Positions 22,113 through 33,300 of a stretch of 64,000 nucleotides of DNA are shown piece by piece. Made by a program: the position numbers and the translations under genes. The stretch is from Macrostomum lignano (taxonomy: Eukaryota). Position 1 is the stretch's first letter. Every line of letters begins with the position of its first letter. The notes beneath the pieces are model-generated. The model did no database searches. It saw nothing but the letters and a program-made list of their open reading frames with translations, and was not told where the DNA came from. Location of the stretch: NCBI GenBank assembly GCA_002269645.1, contig NIVC01000280.1, positions 124,001-188,000 on the forward strand. The letters are read 5' to 3'.

Positions 22113-22961
22113 TTAGGTACCAGTCGCAGCCGTGCCTTCATCACCATCAGCATAAGCGGGTCGGTCCCGGTTTTCCAGAGCAGTCGAAAGAAGCTGCAGT
22201 CTCGCCTCTCCGTCTCGGCCTTCAGGAGAGCCGCTGCCAGTCACCGAGCCGGGCGCACCAGTGATCTCTGCGGCGTTTCCATCCTCCTCGCCTGTGGCGT
22301 TTCCGACCTCCGCGCCTGTCCTGAAGCCGTGCGGTAATTCTTGGCTCTTGTGAGAAAACCTTGTGACTCCTTGCTGAGATTCCGCAGATTCCGCAGATTC
22401 CGCAGATTCCGCAGATTCCGCAGATTCCGCAGATTCCGCAGATTTCGCAGATTCCGCAGATTCCGCAGATTCCGCAGGCACCGCAGGCAGTTTACCAGAC
22501 GGTCGAGGCTGGTCAGCTTTGAGTAGTTTAGTATTATCACCCTGCTGTTCTTGATCTTCCAGCTCTTGACGCCTGTTAGATCGCGTTGAACGACGCTTGC
22601 AATAGCAAACGATGGCAATGATGGCGAAAGAAGCCAAAATCAGCACAACAGGTATCACAATTGGTAGGACAATCGCAAGATTAGGAGAAGACGACAAATT
22701 CGAATCGGACTCAGTAGAAACAGACACCGTAGACGCAGCTTCAGTTGATGATGCCGCCCGCTGGGTAGTCAGGCCGTCTCCGCACTCTCCCAAGTCAATC
22801 TCAGCCTGAGTGCAGTGGACGCACCTGTTCTGGCCCGGGTCCCATCGCATGCCCGGCTGGCACACGCTGACTTCGGCGACGGCCATCAGTGACAGCGGCA
22901 ACAGCTGCAGCAGAAGCAGACAGTGGCCAGCTGGCATTCCGCACTTATCGAATCTCAGCAT
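22113..22961 (-). CDS. Intronless single-CRD TNFR-like type I membrane protein with cytoplasmic (SAE)10 repeat (cluster gene H)
   Basis: Likely start ATG 22961 or 22937; signal peptide; CQPGMRWDPGQNRCVHC...GEC; TM LAIVLPIVIPVVLILASFAIIAIVCYC; KRR; tail ends DRPAYADG. Confidence 0.88.
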   Translation of the reverse strand: MLRFDKCGMPAGHCLLLLQLLPLSLMAVAEVSVCQPGMRWDPGQNRCVHCTQAEIDLGECGDGLTTQRAASSTEAASTVSVSTESDSNLSSSPNLAIVLPIVIPVVLILASFAIIAIVCYCKRRSTRSNRRQELEDQEQQGDNTKLLKADQPRPSGKLPAVPAESAESAESAKSAESAESAESAESAESAESAESQQGVTRFSHKSQELPHGFRTGAEVGNATGEEDGNAAEITGAPGSVTGSGSPEGRDGEARLQLLSTALENRDRPAYADGDEGTAATGT

Positions 22962-23469
22962 TTTCAAAGCTTTAATAAAAAGACCTGAAACTGTGTGACT
23001 CTGCTTATGTCTAAAAATAAGCAGATAAGACCCGCCAGCCAGATATGGAAGTTTCTTAATTTCGCTGAAATCAGAAATTTCACTCAAAAAAGCAAATAAA
23101 AAACTTTTTGTCAGTTCAATTCTGCAAAGCAGACGGTCCAGAAGCAATGAAGAAAGCGGTACAAATGAATGTGTTTATTTATGCTGATGCTTCAGATGTC
23201 TGCATCATTTCTAAAACCGGTACTCTAAATTTCAGGAATGGAAAACTTTGAAAACTGCGGCTCTGCAATGCAGCTTGGCAACAGAAACAGATGATGGAAT
23301 TAGAATTGGCAGATTAGCGGAGCACAGGACTGGCTCGAGTGCACAATTGCTACGGATTAATTACCTAAACAGCAGATTAACCTGATTATTCTGACTTGAT
23401 TATGCCTCTTTAATAAGATAGCTTAGATAGACTGCCCAAATTCACCGGTGCAAATCCGGCAACCTTATT

Positions 23470-24365
23470 GGGATAAATGGGATCTCATTGGGATAAATGG
23501 GATCTCATTGGAATAAATGGGATCTCATTGGGATAAATGGGATCTCATTAGGATAAATGGGATCTCATTGGAATAAATGGGATCTCATTGGGATAAATGG
23601 GATCTCATTAGGATAAATGGGATCTCATTGGGATAAATGGGATCTCATTAGGATAAATGGGATCTCATTGGGATAAATGGGATCTCAATGGGATTAATAG
23701 CGTCACACGGGGATAAATGGGATCTCATTGGGATAAATAGCATCACATGGGGATAAATGGGATCTCATTCGGATAAATAGCATCACACGGGGATAAATGG
23801 GATCTCATTGGGATAAATAGCATCACACAGGGATAAATGGGATCTCATTGGGATAAATAGCATCACACGGGGATGAATGGGATCTCATTGGGATTAATAG
23901 CATCACACGGGGATAAATGGGATCTCATTGGGATAAATAGCATCACACGGGGATAAATGGGATCTCATTCGGATAAATAGCATCACACGGGGATAAATGG
24001 GATCTCATTCGGATAAATAGCATCACACGGGGATAAATGGGATCTCATTAGGATAAATGGGATCTCATTGGGATTAATAGCATCACACGGGGATAAATGG
24101 GATCTCATTCGGATAAATAGCATCACACGGGGATAAATGGGATCTCATTAGGATAAATGGGATCTCATTGGGATTAATAGCATCACACGGGGATAAATGG
24201 GATCTCATTGGGATAAATAGCATCACACGGGGATAAATGGAATCTCATTAGGATAAATAGCATCACACGGGGATAAATGGGATCTCATTGGAATAAATAG
24301 CATCACACGGGGATAAATGGGATCTCATTGGGATAAATAGTATCACACGGGGATAAATGGGATCT
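23470..24365. repeat. 20-bp minisatellite with two alternating unit types (GGATAAATGGGATCTCATTG / GGATAAATAGCATCACACGG)
   Basis: Tandem units read directly; abuts the WDR11 stop codon. Confidence 0.97.
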
Positions 24366-24390
24366 CATGTTAAACATCAGTCCGCCGCAG

Positions 24391-27300
24391 TCACTCCGTC
24401 AGTTTTTGCTCCTCCTTATTTCCGTCTCCAGCAGAGCCCAGCTCAGCCAGCTCTGCGCACCTGCTGGCGCCTGCCTCATCGCCTAGCAGCGCCAGCTGGC
24501 GCGCCCAGGCCGCGTGCGCCTCGCGCCAGGCAGCTCGGTCGGCCGGCTCGGCGCCGGACATGTCCGAGCTGTCCGGAATGCGGCCGGCCTCAGCGCAGGC
24601 GGCCAGGAGGCGGCAGGCGAGGCCGGGCAGGCCAAGGCGGCGGCAAAGGCAGTCGCAGGCGGCCGCCCAGTCGCCCTGGGCGATGAGCAGCAAAGCCGCC
24701 TGGCACGGGTCTGTCCCGGCCAGGTGTCCGGCGTGCCTTCGGACAATCTCGGCCGCTTCGGCCGGGTCGCGAAGACTGCACTTGGCCAGCCAAAGGGCCG
24801 TGCTGCGCTCGCCGTGCTGCTCCAAGTAGCGGCAGGCGTCCAGCTTGCGGTCGATGAGGCACAGAAGCTGGGCGCCCTCGGACACGCGCCCGTTGGCCAT
24901 CAGGCTGGTGGCCACGAGCTTCACGGTGCTCTGCGCGTTGGGCGACGCCGGCTGGTTGGCCAGCAGGCAGGCCAGGTGCAGGTCGGCCAGGTAGGACGGG
25001 CTGGCGGGCTCGGTCTCCAGCAGCAGCTGGACGGCCTTGTCCAGCTGGCCGAACAGCACCAGGCACTCCACCAGCCGCTGCGTCTGCTGCGGGCTGAGCC
25101 GGCGCCTGCGGCCGAGCAGACAGGCGAGCCGGCGGGCCTGCCAGCGCCGGTACACCGGGTGCGGGCTGAGCGAGTCCCAGCCGGCCTCCAGCTCGGCGCT
25201 CGGGTCGGCTGACTGCGGCAGGAAGCGCCGGCAGAGCAGCCAGAAGCGGACCTGGCGATGGCGGGGGGGGGTGAAGGGGCTAGAGCCGAAGAAGAACGGG
25301 GATCACACGGGGAGAACAGTGATCACACAGGGAGAATGAGGATGACACAAGGAGAATAGGGATCAAAAAATGAGAATAGGGATCACACGAGGAGAACAGG
25401 GATCACACGGGGAGAACAGGGATCACACGGGGAGAACAGGGATCACACGGGGAGAACAGGGATCACACGGGGAGAACAGTGATCACACGGGGAGAATGGG
25501 GATCACACAAGGAGAATGGGGATCACACAAAGAGAATGGGGATCACACGGGGAGAATGGGGATCACACGGGGAGAATGAGGATCACACAAGGAGAATGGG
25601 GATCACACGGAGAGAATGGGGATCACACGGGGAGAATGAGGATCACACAAGGAGAATGGGGATCACACGGAGAGAATGGGGATCACACGGAGAGAATGGG
25701 GATCACACGGAGAGAATGGGGATCACACTGAGAGAATTGGGATCACACGGAGAGAATGGGGATCACACAAGGAGAATGGGGATCACACGGGGAGAATGGG
25801 GATCACACTCACCTCGAAGGGGTCGCAGAACAGCATGGCGGTGAGTAGGCTTCGGTCTGCAGTGCTCAGGCCCGGCGCCGCCAGCTCGGCCAGCCAGTCC
25901 GGATCGAAGCGGCGCAGCAGTTCCCGAGCCTCGTCATCCTCGGCGTCGCCGGCCTCCGCCCCGCCGTCGGCCGTCAGCAGGCGGTGCTTGGCCAGGCGGA
26001 CGGCCTTGTCGGAAAACAATCCGGGAATCGCTGGTGGCCGCTGGAAAGCCGCCGGGTCCGCGGGGGACAGGCAGATCCGCAGCGACATGTCGGTGACGCG
26101 GATTAGCCAGTCGGCCGTGAGCAGCAGCGGCTTGTCGGAGGCGGCCCAGTCGGCATCCAGCAGGTCCGGCAGGTGGCGGGGGCAGCGCGCGCTGGCCATG
26201 GCTGTCAGCTTCGTGGCGGTGTCGCGGGCGTCCCACAGCTCCAGGCCGTTGGGAAACAGCACCAGGAATTTGTAGTTGCCTTCGACGGGCGAGGGTTGGT
26301 TGCTACTGAACTCAACCGCCTTGCCAATGCGGCTGTTCGCTCTGCTACCCTCTCTTCCACCGACCTCTTCTCTCTTTCTTCTTCCATCTCTTCCGCCTTC
26401 CCCTCGGCCCTCTCCTCCGCCCTCTCCTCCACCCTCTCCTCCGCCCTCTCCTCCACCTTCTTCTCCGCCCTCTCCTCCGCCCTCTCCTCCGCCCTCTCCT
26501 CCACCCTCTCCTCCGCCCTCTCCTCCACCTTCTTCTCCGCCCTCTCCTCTGCCCTCTCCTCCGCCCTCTCCTCCGCCCTCTCCTCTGCCCTCTCCTCCGC
26601 CCTCTCCTCCGCCCTCTCCTCCGCCCTCTCCTCCACCTTCTTCTCCGCCCTCTCCTCTGCCCTCTCCTCCGCCCTCTCCTCCACCCTCTCCTCCGCCCTC
26701 TCCTCCACCTTCTTCTCCGCCCTCTCCTCTGCCCTCTCCTCCGCCCTCTCCTCCGCCCTCTCCTCCGCCCTCTCCTCCACCTTCTTCTCCGCCCTCTCCT
26801 CTGCCCTCTCCTCCGCCCTCTCCTCCGCCCTCTCCTCCACCCTCTCCTCCGCCCTCTCCTCCACCTTCTTCTCCGCCCTCTCCTCTGCCCTCTCCTCCAC
26901 CTTCTTCTCCGCCCTCTCCTCCGCCCTCTCCTCTGCCCTCTCCTCCGCCCTCTCCTCCACCTTCTTCTCCGCCCTCTCCTCTGCCCTCTCCTCCGCCCTC
27001 TCCTCCGCCCTCTCCTCCGCCCTCTCCTCCACCTTCTTCTCCGCCCTCTCCTCCACCTTCTTCTCCGCCCTCTCCTCCGCCCTCTGCTCTGCCCTCTTCT
27101 CCGCCCTCTTCTCCGCCCTCTTCTCCGCCCTCTTCTCCGCCCTCTTCTCCGCCCTCTCCTCCGCCCTCTTCTCCGCCCTCTTCTCCGCCTTCTTATCCGC
27201 CTTCTTAGCCGTCTTCTTCTCCGCCCTCTCCTCCGCTTTCTTCTCCGCCCTCTCCTCCGCCTTCTCCGCCTTCTTCTCTGCTTCTTATCCGCCTTCTTAT

Positions 27301-30300
27301 CCGCCTTCTTCTCTGCTTCTTATCCGCCTCCGCCCTCTCCCCCGCCCTCCACATCCCCAGACTCACCGGAGCCGGGCGCGAACTTGAGCCGCCTGACGCA
27401 GCCCCGCTGAGTGGCCACGCTGCGCGATGTTTTACTCTTGAGATCCCAGAGGGCCAGGCCGCCGTCCGTGTCACCGATGACCATCATGTCCGCCTTCCAG
27501 ACCACGGCGGACACCCGGCTGAGGGCCGTGTCCGGAGGCAGCCGGGACACCTCCCGGATGATGGAGCCCTCAACGCTGACCAGGGTCATGTGGCCTTCCT
27601 GGTCGAACATGACGAAGTTCTCCCTGGCGAACTGCCCAGCTGGCAACGCGCAGTCGGTGGGGAAGGCGGCCGCTGCGTCTGTCCGGAGAGCGGCCGGGTC
27701 GTCGGCGGCCAGGTGCGAGCGGACGCCGATCTTTCTGGCGGTGGCCCGCTGGGCGGCCGATGCCGAGCCGCCCCATTCCAGGGCGATGGGGCGGGGGAAG
27801 CGGGCGGGCAGCTCGCCGATGAGGGCGAGGGAGCGCAGATCCCAGATCTCGGCCGGCTTGTCGCGAAATCCCAGCGCCAGGTATTGCCTGGGGATCATTT
27901 TTGAGTAGGTGGCATTGAGAAGAGTTTTATAAGCATGATTCTGGCTGAAAATGTTGTTACACAACCTGTTACAGAGCATATTACAGAAACTGTTACAGAA
28001 CCTTTTACAGAGCCTGCTACAGAACCTGCTATAGAACATATTACAGAACCTGTTACAGAGCATATTACAGAAACTGTTACAGAACCTTTTACAGAACCTG
28101 TTACAGAATCTGCTACAGAACATATTACAGAACCTGTTACAGAGCCTGTTACATAACTATTTACAGAACCTGTTACAGAACCTGTTACAGAACCTGTTAC
28201 AGAGCCTGTTACATAACTAGTTACAGAGCCTGTTACAGAACCTGTTACAGAGCCTGTTACAAAACCTGTTACAGAACCTGTTACAGAGCCTGTTACAAAA
28301 CCTGTTACAGAACCTGTTACAGAGCCTGTTACAAAACCTGTTACAGAACCTGTTACAGAGCCTGTTACAGAGCCTGTTACAAAACCTGTTACAGAACCTG
28401 TTACAGAGCCTGTTACTTGACTTGACTTAGCTGCAGGGCTGTCCCGGAGGGGGGCCGTAGCCCAGCGGTAGCGCAGCTGCTCTGGTGTGCCAGCGACCCA
28501 GGCTCGATTCCAAGTGCAGTCACATTAATTTGGGGCTGAATTGGAATCTCGGCTTGGCTCTGCTCGTGCAATTAACGGCCTTGAGAGCCAACCCCCCAAG
28601 GCGCAGTGAAGTGTACATGCCTAACGATAATATAAAGTTAGGGCCGCTGTACACTCCTGTGTGAGTGTGTGCCTGCGTACGTATCCGCGCGCTTGTATGC
28701 CTGCTCAGGGGAGTCGGCGGAATGGGCAGTAATGCCTCTCGCCGGTTGTGTGCCTATGTCGCTTAAAGTGCGCCAGGGTGCACACAACCCCCCTGCCTCT
28801 AATAAAAAATAAAAAAGGGCTGTCCCGGAGGGGACACAGAGGGAAGGCGCGAGCGCCCATTTCGCTAGTCCCTGAACGGCCGACGCGTCGCTATGGACGG
28901 AGGGTTGGCGCCGCCCAGGGAGGTCCCCCAGTGTCGCCAGCAGCTATAATGCTCTCTGGAAAGGAGAGTTCAGCCCGCCTGTTACAAAACCTGTTACAGA
29001 ACCTGTTACAGAGCCTGTTACAGAACCTGTTACAGAGCCTGTTACAGAACCTGTTACAGAACCAGTCCCCAATACAGACCTTGCCGGGGAGACCTCCAAC
29101 AACTCGAGTGGACTCTCGCGGTCCCGTCCGTCGCGGAAGAAGTGCACGGCCCCGGTTGCCAGGTCCACGAAAGCGGCTTCGTTTCGGGCCTTGAAAAAAG
29201 TAAAATGATTTCCTTTGAGAAAAATGTCGAAATGGCACAGGTGCAGCAGCAATCATCACACAGGTGCAGCAGCAATCATCACACAGGTGCAGCAGCAATC
29301 ATCACACAGGTGCAGCAGCAATCATCACACAGGTGCAGCAGCAATCATCACACAGGTGCAGCAGCAATCATCACACAGGTGCAGCAGCAATCATCACACA
29401 GGTGCAGCAGCAATCATCACACAGGTGCAGCAGCAATCATCACACAGGTGCAGCAGCAATCATCACACAGGTGCAGCACCAATCATCACACAGGTGCAGC
29501 AGCAATCATCACACAGGTGCAGCAGCAATCATCACACAGGTGCAGCAGCAATCATCACACAGGTGCAGCACCAATCATCACACAGGTGCAGCAGCAATCA
29601 TCACACAGGTGCAGCAGCAATCATCACACAGGTGCAGCACCAATCATCACACAGGTGCAGCAGCAATCATCACACAGGTGCAGCACCAATCATCACACAG
29701 GTACAGCAGCAATTATCACACAGGTGCAGCACCAATCATCACAGGTAGGAATATCTACAACAGTAGCTCAACAGCTGACAGGCTCACCTGCCCAGCAGAG
29801 TTGGGCTGGTCGCTGCCGTGCAGCACCAGCGAGTCCTGGCCGCACCACCGGATGCCAGCAACCGGCACATTCAGCACCGACAGCTCCTTGACAACACGGC
29901 CGTAGTTAATGTCAACAATCTGCAAGAGGCCGCGCGAGCTGCCTACGGCTAGCAGAGGCCGGTAGGTGTGCACCGTCCGGGTCTTCAACGGCGGGCACAT
30001 GGACACGGCGCACGGAGCCGGGCAGATCCCGCTGTGCAGCCCCGTCATCAGCATCTTCAGCTGCGCCGGCTGGGTCCGCGGCTCCACCGCTTCCTTGGCG
30101 ACATCTTCAGACTCCGCCGCCGCTGCTGCAGCCGCAGCCGCCGACTCCGGCGCCAGGCAGCCCCAGATGGCGCGCCTGTAGGTCGCGTCAGTTGGCGCTA
30201 AGACGGCCGGCGGCGGCTCCTTGGCGGTGCCACCGGCAGCGCTGATGACTCCGGCGATGCCGGACGGCTCCGAGGGCGGCTCGCCCTGCTGCTGCAGACG

Positions 30301-33300
30301 GCGGGCGGCGGGCTGGGCCGTCAGCTCCCAGAAGGCCACCCGGCCGTCGGTGGTGGCCAGAGCCAGCCGGGTCTCGAGCAGCGGGTCCAGGCACACATCA
30401 GCCAGCCCGCAGTGCCGGGTCACCTGCGGCAGGGGCGGGGATGAGCTGCTCAGTGAATGAATGAGTGAGTGAGTGAGTGAGTGAGTGAGTGAGTGAGTGA
30501 GTGAGTGAGTGAGTGAGTGAGTGAGTGAGTGAGTGAGTGAGTGAGTGAGTGAGTGAGTGAGTGAGTGAGTGAGTGAGTGAGTGAGTGAGTGAGTGATTTT
30601 TAAGAATTTTCTAATTGAGAAGTTTATGAAATTAAAGAAAAAAGGTAACGAGATGAGAAGGGACCGCAAAGGGATCATGAAGGGACCGCAAAGGGATCAT
30701 GAAGGGACCGCAAAGGGATCATGAAGGGACCGCAAAGGGATCATGAAAAGCCGGTCGCCAGCGCCCCTGCACACCTTGAACGAGTCAGTCTGAGCCACGC
30801 AGTCGAACTCGTCGCAGCCGGGCCGGCGCAGGCGCAGGCTGACGGCGCCGGTCTCCTGCAGGCAGGCCAGCAGGTCCCGGTGGGCGCAGCTGTGCACCCG
30901 AAGGAAGCCGGCGGCGCTGCGCTCCAAGGCGATGGACGCCACCGGCTGGTTGATGAGCAGATCGATCAGGACAATCTCCCGACTGTACACGGCGATCACG
31001 TGATTGCGGCGGGCTCTGTGATAGGTCACCTGACAGGAATAGCAAGTGAGGGGCGCTGCCGTGACATTCCCTAAACTTCACGCATTCAAATCCCTCATTT
31101 TAAATTTTATGAGCTCTAAACTGCTAAAATCCCATCGCTGCGAACAAACGAACGACGAAGGACACTGAGTAAAAGGTAAAAATTGTGATGGATAGAGCGG
31201 GGGTCGAACCCGCGACCACCAGATTATAAATCTGGCGCTCTACCAACTGCGCTACCTGCCCAGTTATTTTTCGTCATTTTAATACTATTTAACTGTAGAA
31301 AAGAAGGAAGTCGGAATTTCCAACTAGGAGGTCGGAATTTCCAACTAGGAGGTCGGAATTTCCAACTAGGAACTCGGAATTTCCAACTAGGAGGAAGACG
31401 GAATTTCCAACCAGGAGGTCGGAATTTCCGAAACTCTTCCTTCCACAGTTAAATAGTATTAAAGCGACGAAAAACATGAAGGGCGGATAGCTTGAGCAGT
31501 TGGTAGAGCGCCAGCTTTAAGATCTGGAGGTCGCGGGTTCGAGCCCCGCTCTGTCCATCATATTTTTACTTGATTAACAGTAGAGCTATACCAAGGTGCA
31601 CGCTGCAATTCAAGAACACGGACTTATTGGCTGTTGCGCACCTTCTCAAGCAAGAATTAAGTCGTCAGTCCTCCGGACCGTCGAGATATTCAACGATTCT
31701 ACCAGAAGGTCGGATTTTTCCCATAAGCGCCAGTGTATTCAGTACACCCCTGTGGGCCATACTGAGGGCGCCATACTGAGGGCGCCATACTGAGGGCGCC
31801 ATACTGAGGGCGCCATACTGAGGGCGCCATACTGAGGGCGCCATACTGAGGGCGCCATACTGAGGGCGCCATATAGTAAAAAAACACACCTGCAAGCAGG
31901 GTTGCTGCTCAAAGCTCTGAGCATCCTTGCCGGGATGAGCCTGATGACCCCCCTGCTGTTGCTGCTGCTGGCTGCCGCCGCCAGGAGACACCAGGCCGGC
32001 GGTCATGTGCAGCAGCCGCATCGCCTGGCTGCGTTCCCGCTCCGAATAGGTGGACACCGAGCGGGGAATGCCGCCCGAGCCGGTCGTCGACGAGGTGGAC
32101 GTCGGGCCGTGCAGATTGAGCCGCTTGGCGTCGCCTGAGGGCTCTCTGGCGGGGGCGGAGATCGGAGCAAAGATGAAGAATTGAAGGATGCGAGTTTTAT
32201 AATGAAGCGATATTGACACTTGCTTCTCTGTCGGGTTCATAAGATGTGACAGACTACCGATCCAAAACCCAAACCCAAACCCAAACCAAAAACCCAAACT
32301 CAAACCAAAACCCAAATCCAAACCCAAAACCCAAACCCAAAACCCAAACCCAAAACCCAAACCCAAACCCAAACCCAAACCCAAACCCAAAACCCAAACC
32401 CAAACCCAAAACCCAAACCCAAACCCAAACCCAAACCCAAACCCAAAACCCAAACCCAAACCCAAAACCCAAACCCAAACCCAAAACCCAAACCCAAACC
32501 CAAAACCCAAACCCAAACCCAAAACTCAAACCCAAAACCCAAACCCAAACCCAAAACCCAAACCCAAACCCAAACTCAAACTCAAACCCAAACCCAAACC
32601 CAAAACCCAAACCCCAAACCCCAACCCAAAACCCTAACCCAAATCCAAATCCAAACCCAAATTCAAACCCAAAACCAAACCCAAACCCAAACCCAAAACC
32701 CAAAACCCAAACCCAAACCCAAAACCCAAACTCAAACTCAAACCCAAACCCAACACTGCAGCTCAAACTGCCATCGAACCAGCCGCATCTCCCAGCGCAC
32801 CTGTCAGGCGTCAAGTCGCTGAAGAAGAGCACGCAGGTCGGGTCGGACCTCAGGAACACCAGGCAGTGGCCCCGATCGAACGGGTCGAGGCAGAGACTGC
32901 CGCCGCCAAACACAGAGTCTGGGACGGCGCCCGATGTTGCCACGGAGCGGCGCCACAGCAGCGCGCCGGTGTCGGAGTTCCACAGCGCCAGCTCGCCGCC
33001 GGCCGCCGAACCAGCCGACGCCGTCGCCGAACCCGATGATCCGGCCGAGTTGGCCGACGAAGCCCCCGACGCCGCCGCCGCGGCCGCTGCCGCCGAAGAC
33101 GCCGGCAGCAGGAGGCCCAGCAGGAGCTCCGGGCTCGGCCAATCCGCATCGGCCAGACTGTGGCGGCCGGACAGCCCGGCCGGCGCCTGCATTTCGGCCG
33201 ACACCCGGCCGTCCAGAGCGTCCCAAGCCAGCAGACGGCCGTTGACGTGCCCGACGGCCAGGCGGGCCGACCAGCGACCGGGCGGTGGCGGCGCCCAGCG

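Noticed and set aside
14744-22961. Naming the cluster genes BCMA/TACI (TNFRSF17/13B) orthologs
   Set aside because: Similarity is limited to ~17 residues, the DxL ligand motif is absent and tails are unrelated. Homology at fold level is only a hypothesis.
16950-23147. Upstream extensions of ORFs 16281-17054, 20215-20958, 22113-23147 (also 4476-6242 and 32254-33720)
   Set aside because: AT-rich, non-conserved leaders. Downstream ATGs place the signal peptides or the homology start at the N terminus.
31189-31557. Bona fide tRNA-Ile(UAU) and tRNA-Leu(UAA) genes
   Set aside because: Lys-like body, an acceptor or anticodon-stem mismatch, a 4-nt D-arm insertion, no intron or long variable arm, and location in inverted-repeat arms.
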